A DNA stretch of 32,000 nt from Raphidiopsis brookii D9 (lineage in GTDB: Bacteria > Cyanobacteriota > Cyanobacteriia > Cyanobacteriales > Nostocaceae). Location of the stretch: NCBI GenBank assembly GCA_000175855.1, contig ACYB01000020.1, forward strand, positions 95,753 through 127,752. The letters are read 5' to 3'. The notes under the pieces were generated by a model that was given only the letters and a program-made list of their open reading frames with translations, was not told where the DNA came from and searched no databases. This document shows, piece by piece, positions 9,944-19,404 of the stretch (positions are counted from its first letter, which is position 1; each line of letters begins with the position of its first letter). The position numbers and the translations under genes are program-made.

Positions 9944-10783
9944 ATGTCAATACCATTGTTAGAATACTCACCTTCGTCACAAAATCAGCGTGTAGAAGGG
10001 TATGAAGTTGCAAATGAAGACACGCCCATAGTCTATAAGCTAAATTATGCCACATCAGATCAAGAAATTGATGAGATTATTTGGGCATCATACAGACAAA
10101 TTTTCAGCGAGCATCTGATTTTAACCAGCTATCGGCAAAAGTTTTTAGAATCTCAACTACGGAATCGGGCAATTAATGTTAGAGACTTCATTAGAGGTTT
10201 AGGAAAATCCGAAGTTTTTCGTACTCAAATAGCAGAAGTTAACTCTAACTATCGGTTAGTAGATATTATTCTGCAGAGATTTTTAGGTAGAAAAGCCTAC
10301 AATAGGGAAGAAGAGATAGCCTGGTCCATAGTAATTGGTACCAAAGGTGTACATGGATTTATTGATGCCCTATTAGAGTCTGAAGAGTACATAAACAACT
10401 TTGGTGATGACATAGTACCCTATCAACGGAGAAGATTTGGGTCACGTCCCTTCAACCTAGTGAATCCTCGCTATAGCTCCTATTGGCGAGATGCCCAAAG
10501 TATGCGTGTCCTAGATTATCGTTCCTTCTACAGTGCTCGCACTTATGGTACTGCTACCTCCGAGGATATTCGGAAAGCGATTCCAGCTAACTTCTTTGCC
10601 ATGGCGGGAAAAATCATTACTCCCGAGCGTAATTACCAAAGAACAATTGCTTCGGTTACTACCCAAATTGGATCCCTGGAAATTCCGGATACATCTAGGG
10701 AAGTTTCCACCTCGGAGGTGACTATTAAACCAGTAGCAGTGTCTCTACCCTACAGCTATATCCCACCCATCTCCAAAAATTAG
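9944..10783 (+). CDS. cpcG: phycobilisome rod-core linker, CpcG paralogue 1 (279 aa)
   Basis: [17 protein letters not shown]..., a PBS-linker domain ([41 protein letters not shown]). The C-terminus is hydrophilic. Confidence 0.9.
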   Translation: MSIPLLEYSPSSQNQRVEGYEVANEDTPIVYKLNYATSDQEIDEIIWASYRQIFSEHLILTSYRQKFLESQLRNRAINVRDFIRGLGKSEVFRTQIAEVNSNYRLVDIILQRFLGRKAYNREEEIAWSIVIGTKGVHGFIDALLESEEYINNFGDDIVPYQRRRFGSRPFNLVNPRYSSYWRDAQSMRVLDYRSFYSARTYGTATSEDIRKAIPANFFAMAGKIITPERNYQRTIASVTTQIGSLEIPDTSREVSTSEVTIKPVAVSLPYSYIPPISKN

Positions 10784-10821
10784 TCATTAGTTAACCAACA
10801 TCTGAAAAACAACCCCCTAAT

Positions 10822-11565
10822 ATGGCCATACCCCTACTTGAATACAAACCCAGTTCTCAAAATCAAAGAGTACCTGGTTACGAAGTACCTAATGAAGACA
10901 CCCCCAGAATTTACCGCATAGAAGATTATGCTTTTACTGGCGAAGTGGAAGAGTTAATTTGGGCAGCTTATAGACAATTGTTTAGCGAACATGTAATTCT
11001 CAAATTCTACCGTCAAGGCAATTTAGAATCCCAGTTAAAAAACAAAGCCATCACCGTGCGGGACTTCGTTCGAGGTTTGGCCAAATCCCAAGCTTTTGAC
11101 GATTTAGTCATTAAGACCAATTCCAATTATCGGTTGGTAGAAATTGCACTGAAACGGTTATTAGGTCGTGCTCCCTATAACAAGGAGGAAGAAATCGCTT
11201 GGTCGATTAAAATTGCCACCAATGGTTGGGATGGTTTTGTAGATGCTCTGGTAGATTCAGAGGAATATCAAAACAGTTTCGGTGAAAACATTATTCCTTA
11301 CCAAAGACGGCGCTACAAAGATAGACCCTTTAATTTAGTCACACCTCGTTACGCCAACTACTGGCGTGATAAAATAGAAGCAGGACGTTACAAGCCTGGT
11401 AGCATTAGTGACTTTATGAAAATGGCTGCTTCGGTGAGTATCAGAACTGTCACCTATACACCTGTGAACACAGCTAACATCGCAATTCCTAAGACTACTA
11501 GGGAAACAGTACCTACAGGTATACCTGTGTCTATTAGCCCCAGTGCTAACTTCCCCGTCAAATAA
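10822..11565 (+). CDS. cpcG: phycobilisome rod-core linker, CpcG paralogue 2 (247 aa)
   Basis: [17 protein letters not shown]... with the same PBS-linker blocks ([31 protein letters not shown]). It has no hydrophobic tail. Confidence 0.9.
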   Translation: MAIPLLEYKPSSQNQRVPGYEVPNEDTPRIYRIEDYAFTGEVEELIWAAYRQLFSEHVILKFYRQGNLESQLKNKAITVRDFVRGLAKSQAFDDLVIKTNSNYRLVEIALKRLLGRAPYNKEEEIAWSIKIATNGWDGFVDALVDSEEYQNSFGENIIPYQRRRYKDRPFNLVTPRYANYWRDKIEAGRYKPGSISDFMKMAASVSIRTVTYTPVNTANIAIPKTTRETVPTGIPVSISPSANFPVK

Positions 11566-11634
11566 ATCCCCTAGGTGTGTAACCTAATGGGGGAAAATAA
11601 TTAAAGTCAAATTTATCAATCAGAGGAATACAGC

Positions 11635-12396
11635 ATGGCACTGCCATTACTTCAATACAAACCTACTACTCAAAACCACCGTGTTAGCAGTTTCGGTGTT
11701 GCTGATCAAAATGAGGATACACCTTACATCTACCGCTTGGAAGATGTTAGTTCTTATACTGACATTCAATCTATTATCTGGGCATCCTATCGCCAGATTT
11801 TCAGCGAGCACGAGATTTTAAAATTTAACCGCCAAATCACCTTAGAATCTCAGCTCAAGACGGGTTCTTTGTCCGTTAGGGATTTTATTCGTGGGTTAGC
11901 TAAGTCTGAAGCTTTTTATCGTCTGGTTGTTTCTGTTAATAATAACTATCGTTTAGTAGATATTACTCTCAGACGCCTACTAGGTCGTTCTGCTTACAAC
12001 AAAGAAGAGGAGATAGCTTGGTCAATTGTCATTGGTACCAAGGGATTTGGTGGTTTTGTTGATGCTTTAGTTGATAGTGAAGAATATACTTCGAGTTTTG
12101 GTGACAATACGGTACCTTACCAGCGTAAACGGATGGAAGGTCGTCCCTATAATTTAGTCACACCCCGTTATGGTGAGGACTTCCAAGAAACTGCGGGCAC
12201 GGTCAGAACAGATTGGCGCTTTGTTTTGGCAAATTTCTACACCGAGAAAGCCAAATTAAAACGTCTCAAAGAAGGCGATCCAGGCAGATTTGCAGCTATG
12301 GCGGCTTCTGTGTCTCGTAAGGGCAATTATGCTCAAAGAATCTCTTCTTTTGATATTGATTATTTGAGTGCTGTTCCCTATCGCGGTAGACGCTAA
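11635..12396 (+). CDS. cpcG: phycobilisome rod-core linker, CpcG paralogue 3 (253 aa)
   Basis: [17 protein letters not shown]... with the same linker blocks ([30 protein letters not shown]). The C-terminus is basic (PYRGRR) with no hydrophobic tail. Confidence 0.9.
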   Translation: MALPLLQYKPTTQNHRVSSFGVADQNEDTPYIYRLEDVSSYTDIQSIIWASYRQIFSEHEILKFNRQITLESQLKTGSLSVRDFIRGLAKSEAFYRLVVSVNNNYRLVDITLRRLLGRSAYNKEEEIAWSIVIGTKGFGGFVDALVDSEEYTSSFGDNTVPYQRKRMEGRPYNLVTPRYGEDFQETAGTVRTDWRFVLANFYTEKAKLKRLKEGDPGRFAAMAASVSRKGNYAQRISSFDIDYLSAVPYRGRR

Positions 12397-12415
12397 TATC
12401 AGCTGGTTGTCTCTG

Positions 12416-12491
12416 GGGGTGGGTTTTTACCGTGATAAAACATTGGCGATTTGTTCGTGAATTAGTTATGATGTTTGGTAAATACCACCCC
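12416..12491. terminator. imperfect long-range inverted repeat between the convergent cpcG and ABC-permease genes (possible bidirectional terminator)
   Basis: GGGGTGGGTTTTTACC (12416-12431) pairs with GGTAAATACCACCCC (12477-12491). That gives about 14 bp with one bulge and one mismatch. The first arm carries a T5 run. The loop is long (45 nt), so this call is tentative. Confidence 0.3.
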
Positions 12492-12518
12492 TATTATTAA
12501 ATGTTTTTAAATAAACTT

Positions 12519-13347
12519 TTACGGTGTTCGTTTCAGAGAACTTTCATGCCATTTTCCTAAAAGTAAATTTGAGAAGGCGGTCAAAATCAAAAATATCAAA
12601 ATTCCTAGCGCACTAATCATTATTAAAGCCGCAAACATACGAGGAATTTGTAAATTATAACTAGCCATGAGCATTTGATAAGCTAATCCCGAATTAGTAC
12701 CTCCACTTCCAGCAACAAATTCCGCAACTACAGCACCAATTAATGATAACCCACCGCTAATCCGCAAGGCAGATAAAAAATAGGGTAGTGCACTGGGTAA
12801 TCTTAAATAAACCATAGTTTGCCAGGGATTCGCTTTATAGAGACGAAATAGATCCCGCAAGTTTGGATCAATGCTATTCAGTCCAAAAGTGGTATTAGAA
12901 ATGATGGGAAAAAAGGCCACAATCCAAGCACAAAGTACCAAAGCAGCAAAGGTATTATTTCTCAGCCAAATAATAATTAAAGGCGCGATCGCCGCTATTG
13001 GCATTGTTTGCAGAATTACCGCATAGGGATATAAGCTTTTTTCAATCCATTTGCTCTGAGCCATAATCATAGAAATTAATAACCCTAAAACTGCTGCATA
13101 AAAAAAAGCCACGACGGTAATTTTTATGGTAATCAGCAAAGCGGGAAATAAAATAAACCAGTCACTAATTAAGGTTTGTATAATTCGACTGGGAGAGGGT
13201 AGAAGATAGGGAGGTATACCAGTAATTTTTACCAAAATCCCAGGTAAATATGGCGAAAATTCCTACTCCAATTGGGGCGATAATATCTGGAGATAGTAAA
13301 TTTTTAATTTGGAGTTTTTCAGAGAATAATTTTTTCAACCAACTCAT
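12519..13347 (-). pseudogene. ABC transporter permease (NitT/TauT family), N-terminus separated by a frameshift
   Basis: The main ORF 12519-13235 (TTG start) begins VKITGIPPYLLPSPSRI, the conserved block that normally follows TM1. The ORF 13165-13347 encodes MSWLKK...LLSPDIIAPIGVGIFAIFTWD, which is the missing TM1. Deleting one T from the coding-strand TTTT run (plus-strand A4 at 13234-13237) gives ...FTWDLVKITGIPPYLLPSP in one frame. Confidence 0.8.
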
Positions 13348-13391
13348 ATAATTCTTTCTTCAGTTGTTTTAAATAAACACGAAATCTGCTC

Positions 13392-14162
13392 TTAACCCAT
13401 GATTCCGGAGGATAATTCATGGGCTACTTGCTGACAATATTGGGAATAGACAAGGGAAGTACGAAATTCTTCCGAACGGGGATAGGGTTGGTCGATCACA
13501 ATATCCGCCACTACTCGACCGGGACGAGGTGCCATGACCACCACCCGATTGGATAAATAAACTGCTTCATAAATATTGTGAGTGACAAAAATAATTGTCC
13601 AACTTTGTTGACTCCATAAATTAAGTAACTCCACATTTAATTGAGTGCGGGTAATATCATCTAAAGACCCAAAAGGTTCATCCATAAGTAATACCATGGG
13701 AGAGGTGACTAAAGTTCTGGCGATCGATACCCGCATTTTCATCCCTCCAGAAAGCTGACGGGGATAAGATTGAGCAAACTTTTCTAACCCAACCAATTGT
13801 AGGGATTTGTTAATTGCCAGATCCGCCATATTTTTCGGGATTCTAGCTAATTTTAAGGGTAAACGAACGTTTTCCTGTACTGTAGCCCAGGGCATCAATG
13901 CCGGTTCTTGGAAGACAAAAGAGAGATTTTTTTGAGCAGTGAGATTGTGCCATTGAACTGTTCCTGAATTGTGATTAGTCAGTCCGGCAATAATCCTAAG
14001 TAAGGTACTTTTCCCACAGCCGGAAGGCCCTACCAAACTAACAAATTCACCAGCATTAATCGTCAAATTTAAGTTAGTCAGAGCAAGGATATCATTGTCA
14101 AAAAACTTATTTATCTGACTTAAGGTAATCAAAGGTTGAGAATTCATCAGTGATTTTTTCAT
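13392..14162 (-). CDS. ABC transporter ATP-binding protein (NitT/TauT family)
   Basis: Walker A GPSGCGKST, ABC signature LSGGMKMRVSIAR and Walker B VLLMDEPF. It lies between the SBP and permease genes on the same strand. Confidence 0.92.
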   Translation of the reverse strand: MKKSLMNSQPLITLSQINKFFDNDILALTNLNLTINAGEFVSLVGPSGCGKSTLLRIIAGLTNHNSGTVQWHNLTAQKNLSFVFQEPALMPWATVQENVRLPLKLARIPKNMADLAINKSLQLVGLEKFAQSYPRQLSGGMKMRVSIARTLVTSPMVLLMDEPFGSLDDITRTQLNVELLNLWSQQSWTIIFVTHNIYEAVYLSNRVVVMAPRPGRVVADIVIDQPYPRSEEFRTSLVYSQYCQQVAHELSSGIMG

Positions 14163-14237
14163 TCTATCTATTTGTTGACTCTCCCCACGCCTAAAGGGGA
14201 TGCTCTGGTATATAATGGCTACATTAATTATATTAAG

Positions 14238-15278
14238 CTAGGAGTTTTTATAATAATCCATTCCCTTATTCACAAACCTGAGAGTATAAGCCTGTTTGTA
14301 ATTTGTCTTGGCATCAACAATACCCACGGACACTAAATCTTTAAATAAAGTTTCCCAGCGTTGGTCGTTCATTGCCCCAATTCCCAAAGTTTTAGCATCT
14401 CCTGACATAATTACCTCATAAGCTTTTAGTTGATTAAGTCCATAATCCATCAAATCTTCAGTCATTTCTGGGTTATCTTTTTTAATCAGTTTATTGGCGG
14501 GTTGAGGATTTTCCAGATAACTATACCATCCCTTAATTGATGCATCAACAAACTGTTGCACTAAGTCTGGATTGGTTTCGACTAATTTTTTAGTAGTTTC
14601 TATGGTAAAAGCATAGGGATTATACACTGCATCAGCTAAGAGTAATATATTAGGTTTAAATCCACCTTCTTTTTCAATTGTATAAGGTTCGGATGTTAAT
14701 AAACCTTGTTGGGCGGAATTTTTATCCAATAAAAAGGGGCTTACATTAAAATTATAAGGGCGTTTTTGGTCATCACTTAACCCATATTTTGCTTTGATTA
14801 TCGGCCAATAGTCTACCCCGATACTGAGATAAATTGGTTTGCCTTTTAAGTCCTCAAACGAATCATTACCAACTCCAGGATGGGTTAATAAAACTTGGAT
14901 TTCTTTTTGAAAAATAGAGGCAACAGTTATTTTTGGAATCTCTTGTTCTACGGCTTTAATGGCATTAAGACCGCCCCCAATTATGAAATCAACAACCCCT
15001 CCCATCAATAGTTGGGTTCCATTCGTTTGGGGACTACCCGGTTGAATGGTGACATCTAGTCCATATTGGCGATAAATTCCCTTTGCTACTGCTTGATAAA
15101 ATCCACCATATTCTGCTTCCGCTTTCCAAGAAAGCAGAAGTTTAATAGATTCGGCAGATTGTGAACTTGAAAATGTAGAACTTGACTGACTGCAACCGGT
15201 AGAAATGCTACCAGCCAAAGCTAAAGAACTCAGTTTGATGAATTGACGACGTTTGAGTTGATAATATTTTTCCATCAT
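14238..15278 (-). CDS. ABC transporter substrate-binding lipoprotein (NMT1/THI5-like, NitT/TauT family)
   Basis: Tat-like/lipoprotein signal KRRQFIKLSSLALAGSISTGC. The protein is about 346 aa with a periplasmic-binding-protein composition and is the first gene of the three-gene importer. The substrate is unknown. Confidence 0.8.
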   Translation of the reverse strand: MMEKYYQLKRRQFIKLSSLALAGSISTGCSQSSSTFSSSQSAESIKLLLSWKAEAEYGGFYQAVAKGIYRQYGLDVTIQPGSPQTNGTQLLMGGVVDFIIGGGLNAIKAVEQEIPKITVASIFQKEIQVLLTHPGVGNDSFEDLKGKPIYLSIGVDYWPIIKAKYGLSDDQKRPYNFNVSPFLLDKNSAQQGLLTSEPYTIEKEGGFKPNILLLADAVYNPYAFTIETTKKLVETNPDLVQQFVDASIKGWYSYLENPQPANKLIKKDNPEMTEDLMDYGLNQLKAYEVIMSGDAKTLGIGAMNDQRWETLFKDLVSVGIVDAKTNYKQAYTLRFVNKGMDYYKNS

Positions 15279-15506
15279 TTTTTATGGTTTGAGTTGGATC
15301 CCATAAACTTTTACAGATTTACACAACTATTATTAATGATTTAGGGTATTTTTGGCAATATGGCGGTATGCAGCCAGATTGATTGTATAATTAGGAAGTT
15401 AACTAACTAGACAATGGGTGAAATTGTTCACGACTAGACCAAGACTAATATAAATAATTTAAATAGATAGTATAAGATTCAACCATTATTAAAAACAATA
15501 ATAAAA

Positions 15507-16157
15507 ATGAAAAACACATTAACACAGGAAGAATTAAATCAAATTATTCGAGAGGTGCAATCCTTAGAATTACGTCAGGAGTCAGAATTTGATCGAGAAC
15601 AGATTCAGGAAATATTGAGGGAGTTGAACTTACCACCAGAATTATTAGATCAGGCCTTAATTGGACTACATAATCGTCAAAGACTAGAAGTGAAAAAGCG
15701 CCGCAACAAATGGATAGTTATGGGTACAGTTAGTGTAGTTAGCGTAATTGTTCTTGCCATAGGATTTTTTAATCAAAAACAGGCTAACTTGCTAACCAAG
15801 GTTTCTGTCCAACAGGATAAAATTGTTCTAAGTAGTCAACTAGATGCAAAAAATGTTACCATGGAGAAGATTATTCCCAAAGACGCTATTAATCCTCAAT
15901 CCAACAGTGAGATTTTATATGTCGTAACCTTAAAAGATGCACCCCTGGGGAGAAAATTATCTATGAGCTGTAATTGGATAAATCCCCAGGGCGAAATTGT
16001 CAAGCAGAATAATTATCAAACTCGGGAAATTAAAACCTCTGTTTGGGAAACCCGCTGTCGTTATTCAGTGGATACTGATGTATCCACTGGTAATTGGCAA
16101 GTAGAGATGTTTCTGGAAAATCGAGAAATTAGCCAGGAACAGTTCGTCATTAAATAA
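15507..16157 (+). CDS. hypothetical single-pass membrane protein
   Basis: 216-aa ORF. It has an N-terminal charged helical region, one TM segment (WIVMGTVSVVSVIVLAIGFF) and a C-terminal beta-rich domain with 2 Cys. I recognise no family. Confidence 0.55.
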   Translation: MKNTLTQEELNQIIREVQSLELRQESEFDREQIQEILRELNLPPELLDQALIGLHNRQRLEVKKRRNKWIVMGTVSVVSVIVLAIGFFNQKQANLLTKVSVQQDKIVLSSQLDAKNVTMEKIIPKDAINPQSNSEILYVVTLKDAPLGRKLSMSCNWINPQGEIVKQNNYQTREIKTSVWETRCRYSVDTDVSTGNWQVEMFLENREISQEQFVIK

Positions 16158-16196
16158 TTTTAATTAAATTAAATAGATGTGAACTCACTTTTTCTG

Positions 16197-16226
16197 TTGA
16201 CAGTTTATATGGTGAGATGCTAGAAT
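16197..16226 (+). promoter_or_regulatory. candidate sigma-70-type promoter for the AsnB-like/decarboxylase-like operon
   Basis: TTGACA (16197-16202), an 18-nt spacer, then TAGAAT (16221-16226). It lies about 38 nt upstream of ATG 16264. Confidence 0.4.
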
Positions 16227-16263
16227 AGCAGCGCGGCGAAGGCTTGGTATATCAGGTAAATGT

Positions 16264-18099
16264 ATGAACAGGGAATCCCTTAAGGAAGGAAGCGTCAACA
16301 ATCATATTATTGGATATTGTAGTGACAAGCAACAAGAAAAGCTAACCAGAAAGATCCAGGGTAGAAAAAAAACCATCAAAAATGGCAAATTTATTTGTGA
16401 AGTAATTGACATTGGATACAAAACGGTAGCTAGAAGAGGGAAAAAAACCGCCAGAGGAGAGAATATTGATCATGTTATTGTCAGCATTTGTGCAGGGAGA
16501 ATTGGCAATGCTGACATTTGGGTAAAGTGGGAACATAACAAGTTAATTTTGGGTAGAGAAATATTTGGCAGAGTTCCCTTATTTTGGACCTGTACAAAAG
16601 ATGTTATTTGGTTTAGCTCCCAGTTACAATTACTTTTACAGATTCTGGATAAATGGGAAATTTATCTTCCTAGTTTATATAGTTATTGTTGTTTCTCATA
16701 TATAACTAATCCCCTAATGCCCGTGGAGGGAGTATTCTCTGTAATTGCGGGTCAAGAGATAGTTTTTAGTCTGGATAATCACTTTAATGAAGCAGGAAAT
16801 ATTCCCCCTAAGATTAATTCTCCTCAAGTTAGAACAACTTATCAATGGCGGGAAAATCCAGAGAAGATAACCGATGAAACAGTGGCAATTTACCAATTGC
16901 AGAACTTATTGAAAAATGCCATAGAAAACCAAGTTCAGGATTTAAATCATGAACCTGTAGGAGTTTTTTTATCTGGTGGTTTAGACTCTTCTATAGTTGC
17001 TGCTTTGTTGGTAGAATCTGGAGTGAAAGTTCGTGCTTATGCTTTAGACTTTGGTGAGTTTGGCACTTCTGAATATCCATACGCGCAAAAAGTAGCAGAG
17101 TTTTTGAACATACCTCTTGTGAAAGTTGATGTGAGTCCTAAAAATATTAAAAAAGCCATTATTCCTACAGTTAAAGCCCTAGATTTACCCTTCGGTGATG
17201 GTGTTACCGTTCCCCTATATTTAATCAATCAAATTGCCTCACAAGAAACTCAAATTGTTTTTAATGGCGAAGGGGGAGATCAACTGTTTGCAGGTTGGAC
17301 AAATAAACCCCTAATTGCTGCTGGCGTTTATCAAAATCAATATTCCCAACATCCTGAAAATGCCAGTTTTATTCAACAATATCTACACACCTTTCATCGT
17401 CTATGGGGTTATGAATCCAAAGTATATCAGGCAGAAACTTATGACCAGATTCGGCAATTAAATGCCCAAGAATGGCTATTAGATGCTCTCGATAGTCATT
17501 TTTGTCCTTCCTTGTTACATCGTCTGCGTCGTGCCAACTTAATGTTAAAAGGATCCCAAAATATTCACCCCCGTGCTACAGCCATTAGTTTTGCAAATGG
17601 TTTAAATGTGCGATCGCCATTTTGTGATTTAGCCCTAGCTGAATGGACATTTCAGCTATCCGGAGAATTGTGTTTACAAGGTGCTTGCGAGAAGTATATT
17701 CTCAAACGTGCTGTAGAAAATTGGCTACCAGCAGAAATTGTATGGAGACAAAAGCGGGGTATGGGGGTTCCCCTGACTTCCTGGTGTTTAAATGATTTAT
17801 GGTATGATCTGGGTAACTGGCTAAATCCAGGTATTCTAGGAGAAGAAAATATTTTTTATCCCGATATAGGGATAAAAGTTATCACAGGAAAATTAGGAGG
17901 AAACATCCATGGGAGACGGATAGGTGAGATACTTTGGTTACTAATTATGTGGCAACTTTGGTACACTCACGTTTTTGGTGTTAACCCGACAGCAACGTCT
18001 AGCAAAAAGTCCAGCAATCATCCATTTTTACTACCCTATTGGTTATGGAAAGGATACAGAAAGTTCACCGAAAATCTGATGGAGAGTCTCCCGGTTTAG
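16264..18099 (+). CDS. asparagine-synthetase-fold (PP-loop) ATP-dependent amide/lactam-forming enzyme, no N-terminal Cys nucleophile
   Basis: PP-loop VGVFLSGGLDSS (SGGLDS = 16972-16989), FNGEGGDQLFAGW and RQKRGMGVPL. A residual Ntn-domain block GREIFGRVPLFW is present. The N-terminus is MNRESLKEG... rather than MCG, and the N-domain is short and Lys/Arg-rich. Confidence 0.8.
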   Translation: MNRESLKEGSVNNHIIGYCSDKQQEKLTRKIQGRKKTIKNGKFICEVIDIGYKTVARRGKKTARGENIDHVIVSICAGRIGNADIWVKWEHNKLILGREIFGRVPLFWTCTKDVIWFSSQLQLLLQILDKWEIYLPSLYSYCCFSYITNPLMPVEGVFSVIAGQEIVFSLDNHFNEAGNIPPKINSPQVRTTYQWRENPEKITDETVAIYQLQNLLKNAIENQVQDLNHEPVGVFLSGGLDSSIVAALLVESGVKVRAYALDFGEFGTSEYPYAQKVAEFLNIPLVKVDVSPKNIKKAIIPTVKALDLPFGDGVTVPLYLINQIASQETQIVFNGEGGDQLFAGWTNKPLIAAGVYQNQYSQHPENASFIQQYLHTFHRLWGYESKVYQAETYDQIRQLNAQEWLLDALDSHFCPSLLHRLRRANLMLKGSQNIHPRATAISFANGLNVRSPFCDLALAEWTFQLSGELCLQGACEKYILKRAVENWLPAEIVWRQKRGMGVPLTSWCLNDLWYDLGNWLNPGILGEENIFYPDIGIKVITGKLGGNIHGRRIGEILWLLIMWQLWYTHVFGVNPTATSSKKSSNHPFLLPYWLWKGYRKFTENLMESLPV

Positions 18100-19334
18100 T
18101 TACAGATCCAACTACGAGTCCCACCATACCTTTTTCCTTAGAATTGGCTGAGGAATTGTTAGGTACTTATGGCTCTCCTCTGTACGTTTACGATAGCGAC
18201 ATTTTAAATCAAACCATTGCCCATATTACCAAGTCCTTTAAATATCCCGAAACCAGATTTTATTTTGCCACTGTCACCAATGGTAATATTGCCCTGTTGA
18301 AAGTTTTTAAAAATGCCCATTGGGGACTACATGCGAACACACCGGGAGATATTTATTTAGGGTTAAGTGCAGGGTTTGCACCCGATAGCATTATATATAG
18401 CGGTACTAACTTAAATCGGGAGGAGATAGAGCAGGTATTAAGTTGGGGTGTAACTACCCTAAATTTGGATAGTCTTGCCCAAGTGCAATTGTTATGTGAA
18501 GTTTGTTCATCTCTTAAAAATACAGCAGGAAAAGGGAAAAACTTAAATACATTTAGTCGATTAAACCAGTTAGATATTGGACTGCGGTTAAATGTTGGAG
18601 GAGAGAGTCGAATTGGGGTGAGATTACAAGACTTTAACACAGCGATTGCTATAGCCAAAAATGTGGGATTGGAGATTTCAGGTTTACATTTTTATCGAGG
18701 TACAGGAACTAATGCGACCAAAGCATTCACCGATGCAATTGATGAAGTTTTAGTAGCTGCTCAAAATTTACCACACTGGAAATATATAGACTTTGGTGGT
18801 GGTTTTGGTTATCCCTATAATCACCAAGGAATTGCTTTTGATTGGGAATTATTTGGAGGAGAGATCATTCAAAGAATTAGTAACTTAGATAGAACAATCA
18901 AATTAATCATTGAACCAGGACGTGCTGCTATAGCTAGTTGTGGTACTTTACTGGCCAAAGTTGTTTCAGTCAAATGGCAAGATAACAAGCAAATTTTAGG
19001 AGTAGATTCCACAGTTGGTAATATTGCTGTCCCCTCCGTTTATGGAGGTTATCGAGAAATTATTAGTTGGAAAAATCACAGTCCTAAATATATCACAGAT
19101 ATTTGTGGAAATACCACCTACTCACGGGATTATCTGGGTAAAAATTGCCAACTTCCCTCTCTAGAGATGGGAGATATTATCGGTATTTTAGACGTAGGTG
19201 CTTATGGTTATGCTATGTCCTCTCATTTTTTACATCGTCCTAAACCAGGAGAGGTATTATTGGAGAATAGTCAACATCGTCTAATTAGAAACCGGGAGGA
19301 CTACAGTGTTTTATTGACTAATCAGATATGGTAA
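18045..19334 (+). CDS. Orn/DAP/Arg-decarboxylase-fold (LysA-like) protein with apparently substituted catalytic residues
   Basis: Fold-type III blocks GSPLYVYD, IDFGGGFGYPY, EPGRAAIASCG and GAYGYAMSS. The ATG at 18045 (TTG 18039 in the track) overlaps the end of the upstream gene by about 55 nt. The expected yAxKAN lysine reads FATVTN (Val codon at 18273-18275). Confidence 0.75.
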   Translation: MERIQKVHRKSDGESPGLVTDPTTSPTIPFSLELAEELLGTYGSPLYVYDSDILNQTIAHITKSFKYPETRFYFATVTNGNIALLKVFKNAHWGLHANTPGDIYLGLSAGFAPDSIIYSGTNLNREEIEQVLSWGVTTLNLDSLAQVQLLCEVCSSLKNTAGKGKNLNTFSRLNQLDIGLRLNVGGESRIGVRLQDFNTAIAIAKNVGLEISGLHFYRGTGTNATKAFTDAIDEVLVAAQNLPHWKYIDFGGGFGYPYNHQGIAFDWELFGGEIIQRISNLDRTIKLIIEPGRAAIASCGTLLAKVVSVKWQDNKQILGVDSTVGNIAVPSVYGGYREIISWKNHSPKYITDICGNTTYSRDYLGKNCQLPSLEMGDIIGILDVGAYGYAMSSHFLHRPKPGEVLLENSQHRLIRNREDYSVLLTNQIW

Positions 19335-19360
19335 TAGTTATTATTTTCAAGTGTTGGGCT

Positions 19361-19400
19361 AGATTACTGTAGATTACTTTAGATCAATCAAGATTACTAA
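19361..19400. repeat. four tandem 10-bp units (consensus AGATTACTnn) immediately upstream of ATG 19405
   Basis: AGATTACTGT AGATTACTTT AGATCAATCA AGATTACTAA occupy 19361-19400 head to tail. Three units share 8/8 core bases; the third unit is degenerate. Confidence 0.85.
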
Positions 19401-19404
19401 AACC

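Noticed and set aside
13165-13347. 60-aa ORF as an independent small membrane protein.
   Set aside because: It encodes exactly the TM1 segment missing from the adjacent ABC permease and joins it after a 1-nt correction. It is therefore the displaced N-terminus, not a separate gene.
15360-15410. 16-codon ORF MAVCSQIDCIIRKLTN in the spacer upstream of the AsnB-containing block, considered as a RiPP precursor.
   Set aside because: It has no SD, no leader-like region and no follower motif. It is separated from the enzymes by an unrelated 216-aa gene. An ORF of this size is expected by chance.
15279-15506. Possible TPP or other riboswitch in the leader of the NMT1/THI5-like binding-protein gene.
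   Set aside because: I read both strands and found no CUGAGA / ACCUGAUCUGGAUAAUGCCAGCG-type TPP core or other conserved riboswitch core. The only structure is a weak 7-bp inverted repeat, TTTATGG/CCATAAA.
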